Shown here piece by piece: positions 18,690 through 29,374 of a DNA stretch of 64,000 bases. A program made the position numbers and the translations under genes. How positions within the stretch are numbered: position 1 is the first letter of the stretch; each line of letters opens with the position of its first letter. Below the pieces are notes generated by a model. It worked only from the letters and a program-made list of their open reading frames with translations. It did not search any database and was not told where the DNA came from. Where the stretch lies: the sequence record NZ_CP019224.1; one strand, written 5' to 3'. This DNA is from a plasmid.

Positions 18690-21600
18690 AGATTGGGTTC
18701 GCGCGCAAGCAAACTGCGCAGGCGCCGCCGTTTAAGCCTGAAACCCTTGACCTGCCGACTCCACTGAAAGTGCCGCCGCCACAAAGCAAACCGCTGTGGT
18801 CGGTGGCGTTGATCATCGGCCTGCTTGCGCTGTTCGGCGGAATGATGTGGATCAGCTTCGCCAGTGGTGCGCGCTCGTTTACCGGCGCGGGGTCATTTTT
18901 CCCGCTCCTGATGGTGGGCGGGCTGGTTGCGATGCTGTTCGGTGGCCGCGGCGGGTCGCAGGAGATGTCGCGCTCGAAGCTCGACGCGCTGCGGGCCCGG
19001 TTTTGCATGGTCATGGACGAGCTGCGAGGAACCACCTCAGAGTTGGCGGACCGGCTCGATCAGAATCACCGCTGGTATCACCCCGCACCGGGCACCCTGG
19101 AAGCGGCCGTGGGCAGTATGCGGATGTGGGAGCGCAAGCCCAACGGGTCTGATACATGGTTCGGGGTGGCCCGGGTCGGGGTGGGCATGACGGATCTGAT
19201 GGAATCCAATGCCGCCGTGTTCAACGAGCCGCAGGACGCGCCGACCGATATCGAGCTCGAACCGGTGACCGGCAAGGTCCTCCAAGAGTTCATGCAATAC
19301 CAGACGGTGGCCTACGGCACGCCGAAACTGGTGTCGCTGATGGTGGAGCCCGGCTATGAGCTACGCGGCCCGCGTGAGCGGGTGCTGGGCCTGATGCGCG
19401 CGATCCTGTGCGAATTGGTGTTTTTCCACGGCCCCGATCATCTGCGGCTGGTGGTGGTGACTTCTGATGCGGCCGAGTGGGATTGGGTGAAGTGGCTACC
19501 ACACGCCGGTGATCCGAAGCTCATTGACGGTGCGGGCCCGGTGCGCATGGTCTATGGGTCGGTCGCTGAGTTCCTTGACGCGCAAACTGAGGCAATGTCG
19601 CTGTCCACCCGCGGGGACTTCCGCTCGCGCCTGGGCGCGTCGAAGGACCCTATTGAGCCGTTGCCGCACACGGTGGTCGTGTGCGACACCGAAGCGGGAT
19701 GGGAGCGTCTCGGAAGCTCCGAAGGCGTCGCTGGGTTGACATTTTTCGACGTGCGCGGCCTAGGCCGCGTTCCGGCGTGCCGCGACGCGCGCCGGCGAGT
19801 GTTGTACATCGGTGAGAACGCTGTCATCTCGGCGGTGCCGCGCGACCCGATGACATGGGATCCGCAGGGGAACGATCCCCAGTTTTTCGCCTACGCCGAT
19901 CAGATGAGCCGCGATGAGGCCGAGACGTTCGCCGAGCGCATGGCGCGCTTCCGGCTCGCCGAGGCCTATGAGGCGATCGAAGTTGATTCCGGCAAGCAGG
20001 TGATGGCCCGAGACATCCTGTCGTACTACGGGATTGAGGACGCCGCCAATATTGATTTCGACAAGTTGTGGGGCCCGCGTAGTGACATCAACTCCCTGCA
20101 GCGGTTGAAGGTGCCACTGGGTAACCGGATGGACAACAATGAGCTGTTTTTCGTCGACATCAAGGAGGACTCGGAAGGGGGCCAGGGCCCGCACGGGGTG
20201 ATGGCCGGCACGACTGGCTCGGGCAAGACGACGATGCTGCGCGCCTTCATTGAGTCTCTGATGTTGGGGCACCCGCCGCAAAACCTGCAGTTCATGTTGG
20301 CCGACCTCAAGGGTGGCTCGGGTGTTCGGCCCTTTGCCGGGGTGCCTCACGTTTCGCAGATCATCACCGACCTCGAAGAGGACCAGGGTTTGATGACCCG
20401 TTTCATCGACGCGCTGGATGGCGAGATCGCGCGGCGCAAAGCCTTATGCGATGTGCCTGGCGCTGATGATGTGGGGGTATACAACAAGATCCGTGCCGAT
20501 CAGCTCGCAGCGGGGGCTGCTGAGGTGTTGCCGCCGCTGCCGGTACTGGTGGTGGTCATTGACGAGTTCGCCGAACTGTTTAAGTTGATGGGTCAAGAGA
20601 TTCAGGACTCGTTGTATCAGATCGCCCGCCAAGGCCGCGCGTATTGGATTCATCTGCTGATGGCCAGCCAGCAGATCGAAACTCGCGCTGAGAAGCTGCT
20701 AGAAAACGTGGGGTACCGGATGGCCCTGCAGACCAATACGACACAGTCAGCCACGGCGATCGGTGTGCCGAATGCGGTGAACCTCAAGGGTTCTGGGCAG
20801 TGCTATTTCTTGCAGGGCAGCCCCGCGAACGGCACGCTGACGAAATTTCAGGGCGAGTTCTTGTGGCGTGAGTACCGCAAGCCTGGCACGGAGGACCTCG
20901 ACGACGCGCCGCAAGTGAGCGCGGCGTCAGTGAGTTATTTTGCGCCGCAACTGTTCTCCACGGACTTCACACCGTTGCCGCCGCCTGATGAGCTCGACGA
21001 GTCGCCAGCTGTGGATGGGGAAGTGGCTGATGTCGACGAGGTGACCGACGCGGGCGATAGCGAGGACGCCGAGGAGCGCAATGCGTTGATGCGCCCACAG
21101 GTGGGGCGCATCATCATCGACCAGCTGCGCCGGATTGACTTTGAGCCTTACCGGTTGTGGAAGCCGCCGCTGGATGCGCCGTGGAGCATCGAGAAACTGG
21201 TGAACACCTATCTGGGGCGGCCCTGGGACAGCGACTATGCGCGCACCCCGAACCTGGTGTTCCCTGTGGGGCTGGTGGACCGGCCATTCAAGCATGACCA
21301 GCATCCGCTGACCATTGACGTGTCGGGCCCGGGCGGCAATGTGGTGATCGTGGGTGCTCAGGGCTCGGGCAAAACGACTGCGCTGCAAGACCTGATCTGC
21401 GCGGCGGCCATGACGCACACCCCTGAGCAGGTGCAGTTTTACTGCCTGGCGTTTTCGTCGGCGGCCCTCAGTAGTGTGTCGGGGCTACCGCATGTGGGTG
21501 GTGTGTCGATGTCGCTTGATAGTGACGGTGTGCGCCGCACCGTGGCGGAGATCGCGGCGTTGCTCGCCTCGCGCAAGCGCAGCTTCGAGGCGACCGGCGT

Positions 21601-22912
21601 GATGTCGATGGAGGTGTTTCGCCGCCGCAAGGCTGGGCGTGAGCCCGGGGCTGTGCCTGAGGACGGTTACGGCGATGTGTTCTTGGTGATCGACAACTAT
21701 GCGGCGATGGTTAGCGAATATGAGGCGCTCGTCGAAGACAAGGTGAACAGGATCATCAAAGAGGGGCCCACGTTCGGGATTCACGTGGTCGCCGCGGTGA
21801 CCAAGAACACCGATCTGCAGGTGACGGTGCGGGGTAACTTCGGGTCTCGGGTGGAGCTTCGTCTGGCCGACTTCAACGAAGCGACGCTGGTGGCTAAGGC
21901 GAGACTGGCCACGGCTGTGCCGGCGCGGCCAGGGCGCGGCATGATTGGGCAAAATTACGAACGCACCGGCGTAGACCCCGTGGGGTTGCACACGTTGATG
22001 GCGCGCCCGGCGCTGGAGTCCACCGCCGCGGAGGTGTTCGATTCACGCAGTGTCGCCGAGGCTGTCAGCCGCCAGGCCGGTAGGTTCAATCCTGCACGTA
22101 AGGTGCGCAGGCTGCCAGGGCGGGTTTCGCCGGCCGAGCTGGCGGCGACAGCCGCCACCGATGATCGCACCCCCACGTCGATCGTGTGGGCGCTCGACGA
22201 GACCGAACGGCCGGTGTTTTTGGCCAGTCAGCATCTGATCATCGCCGGGCAACCCAAGTGTGGGCGCACGACGGCGTGTGCAACATTGATGCGCGAGATT
22301 CGCAGGGTTTACGCCCCGGGCGCTGACGGCGCTACGGGGCCGGGGCTGGAAGAAACGGCCGACCGCCCCGCGGCCCAGGTGTGGCTCATTGATCCGCGCC
22401 GCCAGCTACTCAACGTGCTGGATAAGTCCTACGTGCAGCGTTTCGCCTCGACGCCGGACTCGGTCAAAGCGCGCATGGGCGAGCTGGCCGCGGTCCTTGC
22501 GCCGCGGCTGCCCAGCGACGATTTATCGGTCGATGACATCGGCCGGCGCCACTGGCAGGGTCCGGAAATCTTTTTGATCATCGACGATTCTGAGCGGTTG
22601 CCGGTCGGCTTCGACTCACCTCTGGGGGTGATCGAACGGTTCGTGCAGGCCGGCGACGACGTCGGGTTGCACATCATCTACACCCGCCAGTTCGCGGCGT
22701 TCATGGCGGGCCTGGGGGCCGACCCCGTGTTCAGGATGCTCAAGCAGGCCAGGGAGCCGGAGCTGATCATGGATTCCGACCCCGATCAAGGATTCGTGAA
22801 GGGCAAATGGAAAGGCCATTGGATGCCCAAGGGCCGCGGATTCTTGCTGAATACCGCCGAATCGGGCGAATCGGGAATTTATGTCCAAGTCGCTGACGCC
22901 GGCCTCGGATAG
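18686..22912 (+). CDS. eccC: EccC, FtsK/SpoIIIE-family ATPase with three NTPase domains (single fused ORF)
   Basis: 1408 aa; N-terminal TMs; Walker A motifs GTTGSGKTT, GAQGSGKTT and GQPKCGRTT. Confidence 0.95.
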   Translation: MKIGFARKQTAQAPPFKPETLDLPTPLKVPPPQSKPLWSVALIIGLLALFGGMMWISFASGARSFTGAGSFFPLLMVGGLVAMLFGGRGGSQEMSRSKLDALRARFCMVMDELRGTTSELADRLDQNHRWYHPAPGTLEAAVGSMRMWERKPNGSDTWFGVARVGVGMTDLMESNAAVFNEPQDAPTDIELEPVTGKVLQEFMQYQTVAYGTPKLVSLMVEPGYELRGPRERVLGLMRAILCELVFFHGPDHLRLVVVTSDAAEWDWVKWLPHAGDPKLIDGAGPVRMVYGSVAEFLDAQTEAMSLSTRGDFRSRLGASKDPIEPLPHTVVVCDTEAGWERLGSSEGVAGLTFFDVRGLGRVPACRDARRRVLYIGENAVISAVPRDPMTWDPQGNDPQFFAYADQMSRDEAETFAERMARFRLAEAYEAIEVDSGKQVMARDILSYYGIEDAANIDFDKLWGPRSDINSLQRLKVPLGNRMDNNELFFVDIKEDSEGGQGPHGVMAGTTGSGKTTMLRAFIESLMLGHPPQNLQFMLADLKGGSGVRPFAGVPHVSQIITDLEEDQGLMTRFIDALDGEIARRKALCDVPGADDVGVYNKIRADQLAAGAAEVLPPLPVLVVVIDEFAELFKLMGQEIQDSLYQIARQGRAYWIHLLMASQQIETRAEKLLENVGYRMALQTNTTQSATAIGVPNAVNLKGSGQCYFLQGSPANGTLTKFQGEFLWREYRKPGTEDLDDAPQVSAASVSYFAPQLFSTDFTPLPPPDELDESPAVDGEVADVDEVTDAGDSEDAEERNALMRPQVGRIIIDQLRRIDFEPYRLWKPPLDAPWSIEKLVNTYLGRPWDSDYARTPNLVFPVGLVDRPFKHDQHPLTIDVSGPGGNVVIVGAQGSGKTTALQDLICAAAMTHTPEQVQFYCLAFSSAALSSVSGLPHVGGVSMSLDSDGVRRTVAEIAALLASRKRSFEATGVMSMEVFRRRKAGREPGAVPEDGYGDVFLVIDNYAAMVSEYEALVEDKVNRIIKEGPTFGIHVVAAVTKNTDLQVTVRGNFGSRVELRLADFNEATLVAKARLATAVPARPGRGMIGQNYERTGVDPVGLHTLMARPALESTAAEVFDSRSVAEAVSRQAGRFNPARKVRRLPGRVSPAELAATAATDDRTPTSIVWALDETERPVFLASQHLIIAGQPKCGRTTACATLMREIRRVYAPGADGATGPGLEETADRPAAQVWLIDPRRQLLNVLDKSYVQRFASTPDSVKARMGELAAVLAPRLPSDDLSVDDIGRRHWQGPEIFLIIDDSERLPVGFDSPLGVIERFVQAGDDVGLHIIYTRQFAAFMAGLGADPVFRMLKQAREPELIMDSDPDQGFVKGKWKGHWMPKGRGFLLNTAESGESGIYVQVADAGLG

Positions 22913-23005
22913 ATCTGCGATGGGCCGCGCGTAAGCCCGCGGGCGTCGATACACTTTTGTCATCAGACCGGTCAATGTCCGGTCGGCTCTTTACGGGAGG
23001 GTTCC

Positions 23006-23302
23006 ATGTTTGTCGAGGCATTACCTGCGGGCATTGATGCATCCGCGTCCGGGTTGGCCGGGATCGGGGCGGCGGTAGCGGCGGGCAACGCCGCAGGAGC
23101 CGCACCCACACTGGGCGTGGTGCCGCCGGCGCCAGAGCCGGCGTCGGTTCTGTTGGCCGCGGCGTTCGGCACCCATGCCGGCGTGTATCAGGCCACCCAA
23201 GCCATCGGGGAGGTCGTCCACCAGATGTTCGTCTCGACCATGGGCATCAGCTCGGCCGACTACGCCGCCACCGAGGTCCTCAACACCGCTGCGATGGTCT
23301 AG
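23006..23302 (+). CDS. PE-family protein
   Basis: 98 aa, matching a PE consensus recalled from memory (conserved ...GVVPPAP... core); GGGAGGG RBS. Confidence 0.85.
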   Translation: MFVEALPAGIDASASGLAGIGAAVAAGNAAGAAPTLGVVPPAPEPASVLLAAAFGTHAGVYQATQAIGEVVHQMFVSTMGISSADYAATEVLNTAAMV

Positions 23303-23331
23303 GTCTAGCCCGCGGGTTAGCGCCCACAGCC

Positions 23332-24486
23332 ATGGATTACGAGCTGCCACCTGAGATCAACTCGGGCCGCATGTATGCCGGCCTGGGTTCAGCGTCTCTG
23401 ATGGAATCAGCCGCCGCATGGCAGGCACTGGCCGCGCAGCTCGGGTCCGCAGGAGCGGCGTTTGGGGCGGTGATCGAAGCGCTGACCAGCACGGCGTGGG
23501 CGGGGCCCTCGTCGATGTCGATGGCGCTGTCGGCAGCCCCGTACGTGGTGTGGATGATCGAGACGGCCGCGCAATGCCAGGAAGCCGCCGCGGCCGCGGC
23601 GGCGGCCGCGGCGGCGTTCGAGGCTGCCCGGGCCGGGGTGGTGCCCCCACCGGTGATCGCCGAGAACCGGGCGCAGCTGGCGGCCCTGGTGTCGACGAAC
23701 TTCATGGGGTTCAACACTCCGGCGATCATGGCCAACGAGGCTCACTACGGTCAGATGTGGTCCCAAGACACCGCGACGATGTACGACTTCGCCGGGAATG
23801 CCTCGGGGATCACCGGCGCGCTGGTCCCGTTCGTGCCGCCAGCGCCCAACTCGGACCCGATCGGGTTGGCCGCGCAAGCGGCCGCGTTGGGCCAGTCGGG
23901 CGGCACCGCCGCCGGGCAGCAGCCGTTCAATTTCGCCAGCAGCGCGGGAAGCATGCCGGCGGGTTTGGACGGCGAATCCATGTTGTCGATGGGCCCGCAG
24001 CTGGTGAGCACGATTCCCCAAGCGCTGCAAGGGCTCTCGTCACCGCTGAGCCAGGGGTTGGGGGGCAGCGGTCTGGGCCAATTCAATTCGCTGCTGAGCC
24101 CGTTTATGAGTTTTATGAATCCGGGCATGTTCGGTGGGGGCACTGCGTCGACCTTGACCAGTGCGACCGGGCCCGGACTTGCGGGGATGGGCGGGGCAGC
24201 CTCGGAGGTGGAGGCCGTGGCGGGCCGCGCGGGATCGCTGGGCGGGTTGTCGGTGCCGGCAACCTGGACGGCCGGCGCCAGCGGGGAGTCGGCTAGTACG
24301 GCGCGGGCGGTCGCACCGGTGGCCGCCTCGGGCGGGGGCACGTCGATGGGGGCTGCACCGGCCACCACCGGGGGCTCCGGCATGTATGGGGGCACGCCGA
24401 TGGCCGCGGGTATGCACGGGCGCGGCACGGACAGCGACGGCTCACCTCGCTATGGAAAACCCGTCAAAGTGCTACGCCGACGTTAG
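23332..24486 (+). CDS. PPE-family protein
   Basis: MDYELPPEINSGRMYAG... PPE N-terminus; Gly/Ala/Ser-rich C-terminus. Confidence 0.9.
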   Translation: MDYELPPEINSGRMYAGLGSASLMESAAAWQALAAQLGSAGAAFGAVIEALTSTAWAGPSSMSMALSAAPYVVWMIETAAQCQEAAAAAAAAAAAFEAARAGVVPPPVIAENRAQLAALVSTNFMGFNTPAIMANEAHYGQMWSQDTATMYDFAGNASGITGALVPFVPPAPNSDPIGLAAQAAALGQSGGTAAGQQPFNFASSAGSMPAGLDGESMLSMGPQLVSTIPQALQGLSSPLSQGLGGSGLGQFNSLLSPFMSFMNPGMFGGGTASTLTSATGPGLAGMGGAASEVEAVAGRAGSLGGLSVPATWTAGASGESASTARAVAPVAASGGGTSMGAAPATTGGSGMYGGTPMAAGMHGRGTDSDGSPRYGKPVKVLRRR

Positions 24487-24599
24487 CGCCGAATTGGTGA
24501 CATCATGTGCACGGAAAAATTCGTTCAAATAGCTTGCGCCGGCCGTTGCCCGGCGTTAGATCGGGCCAATAGACTGGCAACACAGCAACGCTGAAATAA

Positions 24600-24926
<327 letters not shown>

Positions 24927-24970
24927 CCGCCAGGTCCCTACCCACTTTTACGCCAAGGAGACGTACAACC

Positions 24971-25255
24971 ATGTCGATCAACTATCAGTTCGGCGACGTC
25001 GACGCCCACGGCGCCCTGATCCGCGCCCAGGCCGCTTCCCTGGAAGCCGAGCACCAAGCGATCGTGCGCGATGTGCTCGCGGCCGGGGATTTTTGGGGTG
25101 GCGCCGGGTCGGTCGCCTGCCAGGAGTTCATCACCCAGTTGGGCCGCAACTTCCAGGTGATCTACGAGCAGGCCAACGCTCACGGACAGAAGGTGCAGAC
25201 CGCCGGAAGCAACATGAACAGCACCGACAGCGCCGTCGGATCTTCGTGGGCCTAG
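24971..25255 (+). CDS. WXG100 protein, ESAT-6-like (EsxA family; closely resembles ESX-5 EsxN/Mtb9.9 subfamily)
   Basis: 94 aa MSINYQFGDVDAHGALIRAQAASLEAEHQAIV...FWGGAGS...AVGSSWA; AAGGAG RBS. Confidence 0.9.
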   Translation: MSINYQFGDVDAHGALIRAQAASLEAEHQAIVRDVLAAGDFWGGAGSVACQEFITQLGRNFQVIYEQANAHGQKVQTAGSNMNSTDSAVGSSWA

Positions 25256-25333
25256 CCCGCACTGTTCCAGCCAACGACGTGGCGGCACCGGATTCGGTGC
25301 CGCCACGTCAGCGTTTGAGCAAGGAAACCTGCT

Positions 25334-26254
25334 ATGACGAGCGCCGAAATTCCGGCCACCCCGACTTCTGACATCACCGTCAACCTCGAGGGACTGTGGC
25401 TGCTGCAAGCCATGCTGGGCATTCCCCAGCTCGCCCCCGAACTGCGCGGACGCCCCTACGGACAACCACGAAACACCGACTGGCTCACCGCGCACCCGGG
25501 TTTGGCGGTGCTGGTCGACCAAGGCATCGCCGATGAGGATGCGATGGTGCGTGCTGATATCGCCGCGCGCATGAAGGTGCTGGCCGCGCCCGACGTTGAA
25601 GTCATCTTGCTGGTCTGCCGCGGGGCGATGAACGTGGTGACACCGGTGGTGATGGATGATCCCACTACCTGGCGCGCGATCCCCGATGAGCAGCTGCGCG
25701 TTGTGCTGGCCCGCCGCGACGGCCGGTGGGCCTCTGCGGTGCGCGCCGGGTCCTACGTCACCATTGACGACTGTCCGGGCACCGACCAGGAATGGGTGCA
25801 ACGCCTAGTCTTTGAAGCTCTGGACTCGGTGCACTGGGTGGAGCCGGCGCGGATCAGCGCGGTCAACGTGCCGCTGGATGACATGCGTACCGCGATCACG
25901 TTGCACGCCAAGGCGGGCTCGGCAGCAGCGAAAATGGCTGCGCTGCGCGCACTGGGGCTGCGCGGGGGTGCGCTGGCTGAGCTGGGCGCGGCGTTAGAAG
26001 ATCCCCAAGCTGAGGCGTTGGTTTATGCGCGCGCCCATGTGGATGCCGACACGGTGTGGAGCGAAACGGTGCTCAACCTGCGCGACACTGCCTCGGGGCG
26101 GGTGGCGCTGTACCGACTGAACCCGCCCGCGGGCAGCCAGCAGGAGTGGCTGGCCATCGCCCCGGCGGGTCCTGCCCAGCTGCATCACGCGCTGACGACG
26201 GTCTTCGACAGTGTCGGTGTGCGCGCCTGGGACAGTCATGAACGAATGGCCTGA
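25334..26254 (+). CDS. espG: EspG chaperone for PE/PPE substrates (EspG5-like)
   Basis: 306 aa; ...DITVNLEGLWLLQAMLGIPQLAPELRGRPYG...ARMKVLAAPDVEV... recalled as close to EspG5. Confidence 0.85.
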   Translation: MTSAEIPATPTSDITVNLEGLWLLQAMLGIPQLAPELRGRPYGQPRNTDWLTAHPGLAVLVDQGIADEDAMVRADIAARMKVLAAPDVEVILLVCRGAMNVVTPVVMDDPTTWRAIPDEQLRVVLARRDGRWASAVRAGSYVTIDDCPGTDQEWVQRLVFEALDSVHWVEPARISAVNVPLDDMRTAITLHAKAGSAAAKMAALRALGLRGGALAELGAALEDPQAEALVYARAHVDADTVWSETVLNLRDTASGRVALYRLNPPAGSQQEWLAIAPAGPAQLHHALTTVFDSVGVRAWDSHERMA

Positions 26255-26374
26255 CAAAAAGCGGTACCGCCGTGCCAGCAAAGTGTTCTCGATGAATACC
26301 GAGCGGGCGTGGTATAGCGAGAATTCTGCCTTTAGGATCGGACATAGTAACCGCCAGCCATATGGGGACTAGGA

Positions 26375-27847
26375 ATGACTGACAATTCGGACTTCATGTC
26401 GCGTTATCTGCCGCCGGAAAACAGCGAGCAACAGCGCGAGCATCCGGCGCCTGCCGAGGATGCCACCGAGGAGGTGTCGTTGGCTGATGTGCGGGTGCCC
26501 GAGCCGGGTGCGCCGCCGCCACCTCACATGCCGCCGGTGGGTGGCTACGAGTTCGGGCCACCGCCAGCCGAGGGGAACCGCCACGAGGCGTGGCCCGCGG
26601 CGCCGGGGGGCACTGAAGGTGCTCATGCTCAGGCCGAACCGGCACCACCGCCGCCGCCGGGTGCGGGGCCCTCGTTCGGGCCGCCGCCGCCGGGCGGGCA
26701 TCCCCATGCTGTGCCGCGGCCCCCGGCGCCTCGGGCACCGGACGCGGAGCCGTCAGTTGGGCGCGGCCCGGGAGGGCAGGCGCCCGACCCGATCCCGCCG
26801 CGCCCGCAGTTCGATCAGCGCAACCCGCCGCCGCCGCCGCGGTGGTCACCCCCGCGTGTGGACCCTAAGCAACGGTGGGCGCCGCGGCCAGACCTTCGCA
26901 CTCCCAGCTCGGCACCGACCCGGCATGTCCAGGTCGAGGAGGTCGTGAAACGGCGCCGCGAACCGGCGAAAATGGGGTGGCGCAAGGCGGTTCACGCCTG
27001 CACAGGTGGGCTGGTCAATCTGGGTGCGGGTGCTCATGAGCGTCAACTGATCGACTGGAAGTCTCGTGTGGCTTCCAACATTCCCGGCACGTATCAGATC
27101 GCGGCGATTTCGATCAAAGGCGGCGTCGGCAAGACGCGGGTGACTGCCGGTGTGGGCACCGTGTTCGCCTTTGAGCGTGGGCAGCCGGTCTTGGCGATCG
27201 ACGCCGACACCACCTACGGGGGCCTGGGTCGCTTCGTTGATCGCGAGGCGCTGAACTCGATTGGCGATCTGCTTGCGGCCAAGGAGGTGGTTGTCGACTA
27301 TCCCAAGGCTCGTCACTACACCGGGAAGAACCCCCAGGGCCTAGAAGTGTTGCCGGGCAACCAGAATGTGGCCAACCCGATGGACCTGGACAAGGACGTG
27401 TTCTACGACACCGCTGAGCTGACGCGGCGCTTTTACCAACTGACACTGGTGGATTGCGGCGCCGAAGTCGAGACCGAATTTTTCAAAACAGTGTTGTCGA
27501 ACACCGACGCGTTGATGATCATCGGCAGCTGCAACGCCGAGGGCGGACTGGCGATCGAGACCACGGTGGAGTGGCTGGCCGCACGCAACGGTCACGAACT
27601 GCTCAAGCGCTCGGTGATTGTGCTCAACGACATCCATGACTGCGCGTCCAAGGCGTTTATCTCCCATATCACCGAGACGCTGGGGCCGCGGGTGCGTTCG
27701 GTGAAGACGATCCCATGGGATGCGCATTTGCGCGACGCGGATACGCTCGATTTTCCGGCCTTGCACAAGCGCACTCGGTTGGCGTTTTTGGAGCTGGCGG
27801 CCGAGCTGGCCGAAGGGTTCCCGACCGCGGGGGCGCTGAGCGCGTGA
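26375..27847 (+). CDS. EspI-like protein: Pro-rich N-terminus + ParA/MinD-type ATPase domain
   Basis: N-terminal 200 aa P-rich; deviant Walker A IKGGVGKTRVTAG; GTGA overlap with eccD. Confidence 0.8.
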   Translation: MTDNSDFMSRYLPPENSEQQREHPAPAEDATEEVSLADVRVPEPGAPPPPHMPPVGGYEFGPPPAEGNRHEAWPAAPGGTEGAHAQAEPAPPPPPGAGPSFGPPPPGGHPHAVPRPPAPRAPDAEPSVGRGPGGQAPDPIPPRPQFDQRNPPPPPRWSPPRVDPKQRWAPRPDLRTPSSAPTRHVQVEEVVKRRREPAKMGWRKAVHACTGGLVNLGAGAHERQLIDWKSRVASNIPGTYQIAAISIKGGVGKTRVTAGVGTVFAFERGQPVLAIDADTTYGGLGRFVDREALNSIGDLLAAKEVVVDYPKARHYTGKNPQGLEVLPGNQNVANPMDLDKDVFYDTAELTRRFYQLTLVDCGAEVETEFFKTVLSNTDALMIIGSCNAEGGLAIETTVEWLAARNGHELLKRSVIVLNDIHDCASKAFISHITETLGPRVRSVKTIPWDAHLRDADTLDFPALHKRTRLAFLELAAELAEGFPTAGALSA

Positions 27848-29358
27848 CCCTCGAGCGGCAGCACGACAACCCTGTCACGGCGGCGGCTGCGCCGGCCCTG
27901 CCTGATCGGGTGTTGGTGGCGGTCATCGCGGGGGCCACCAAGATCGGGGTGGTGTTGGATGCCACCGCCTCAGTGTCAGTGCAGTTGGCGGCGCTGGTGG
28001 ATCTGGTCAACACTCGACTCGGTGAACTGGGGGAGCCGGCGTTGACGGCAGGCCCGCGGGGCCGCTGGACACTGTGCTGGGTCGATGGCAGCCCCCTGAA
28101 GCCAGGCCTGTCTTTGGCCGCCCAAGGGGTCAGCGACGGCACCCGGTTGTGGCTGCGGTTCGCCGCCGACACCGAGGCCCGGATCAACGTCGTCGAACAC
28201 GTCACCTCGGCGGTGGCCGCTGAGCTGAGCAGACGCTGGCCTGCTGTCACGCCGGTGTGGGCGGCGCGCGTCGGCGCGGGCATGGTGGTGGCCGGCGTGC
28301 TGGCCGCCACGGCCCTGCTGGGGCGTTGGCGTTACGGGCATCTGGGCTGGGCGCCGGCCATCTATTGTGGCGGGCTGGCGGCGCTGCTGCTGGCGGCGGC
28401 GGCGATCATCTTGGCGCGCCAAGCCAGTCGGCTGGCGCGCGGCGTCGGTGACACGCTGTTGTTGACCGGATGCCTCCCGTTGGCGGTGGGGGCTGCTGCT
28501 GCGGTACCGGGGCCGATGGGTGCCCCGCACGCCGCGTTGGGATTGGCGAGCGCGTTGGTCGCCGCGGTGCTGGTAGTGCGGTTCACCGGCCGCCATATCG
28601 CGTTGGGCACGACGGTGATCGTCACTGCGGCAGTCGGTGTTGTGGTGGGTTCGGTGCGTATGGTGCTGGTGACCTCGGCGCCGATCCTGTTGGCGGTCGT
28701 GCTGCTGGTGTCGCTGATCGGGATGCATGTGTCGCCCACCGTGGCGCGCTGGGTGGCCGGGATTCGGCTGCCGGTCTTCCCTTCAGCGTCGGGCCAGTGG
28801 ATTTTTGAGGCGCGTCCGGATTTGCCGGCTGATCATGCGGTGGCCAGCGGTCAGGTGGCCACGTTCGCCGGGCCTGAGTCGGTGCGTGAGGTGACGGTGG
28901 CCACCGACCGGGCCCACTCCTATCTGACCGGGTTGCTGGTTGCGACAACAGGTTTGGTGGTGGTGTGCAGCGTCGGGTTGTGCGATCCGCATGCGCCGCG
29001 ACGCTGGCTGCCGCTGGTGTTGGCGGGGCTGGTGGCGGTCGCGGTGCTGCTGCGCGGCCGTTCGTTCACCGATCGCTGGCAGGCGACGATCTTCGCGCTG
29101 GCCGCCGTGGCATTGGTGATCGGGGTGGCCGGGCGCTATGTGTTGGGGTTGTGGACGATGCCGGCATTGCTGGCGGGGGTATCGGCGATGGTGGCCGTCC
29201 CGGTGGCTGGCTTGGTGGCCGGTGTGGTGGTGCCCAACCGCTTCTACACTCCGACGTTCCGCAAGATCGTCGAGTGGGTCGAATATGTCTGCCTGACAGG
29301 CATTTTCCCGTTGGCGTTTTGGCTGATGGGTGTGCTGGCCGCGATCCGGTACCGATAG
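27844..29358 (+). CDS. eccD: EccD polytopic membrane channel component (EccD5-like)
   Basis: GTG start overlapping the upstream stop; ubiquitin-like N-terminal domain followed by about 11 TM helices; ends ...GVLAAIRYR like EccD5. Confidence 0.9.
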   Translation: MTLERQHDNPVTAAAAPALPDRVLVAVIAGATKIGVVLDATASVSVQLAALVDLVNTRLGELGEPALTAGPRGRWTLCWVDGSPLKPGLSLAAQGVSDGTRLWLRFAADTEARINVVEHVTSAVAAELSRRWPAVTPVWAARVGAGMVVAGVLAATALLGRWRYGHLGWAPAIYCGGLAALLLAAAAIILARQASRLARGVGDTLLLTGCLPLAVGAAAAVPGPMGAPHAALGLASALVAAVLVVRFTGRHIALGTTVIVTAAVGVVVGSVRMVLVTSAPILLAVVLLVSLIGMHVSPTVARWVAGIRLPVFPSASGQWIFEARPDLPADHAVASGQVATFAGPESVREVTVATDRAHSYLTGLLVATTGLVVVCSVGLCDPHAPRRWLPLVLAGLVAVAVLLRGRSFTDRWQATIFALAAVALVIGVAGRYVLGLWTMPALLAGVSAMVAVPVAGLVAGVVVPNRFYTPTFRKIVEWVEYVCLTGIFPLAFWLMGVLAAIRYR

Positions 29359-29374
29359 CGGGGGTGGTTGTTCG

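Noticed and set aside
22925-22990. Short GACCGG-N7-CCGGTC hairpin between eccC and PE
   Set aside because: Only a 6-bp stem, so too weak to call a regulatory element without expression data.
23407-24428. Long minus-strand ORFs (207 and 225 aa) antisense to the PPE gene
   Set aside because: Extremely Arg/Pro/Gly-rich, low-complexity, and fully overlapped by a well-supported PPE gene; typical high-GC antisense artefacts.
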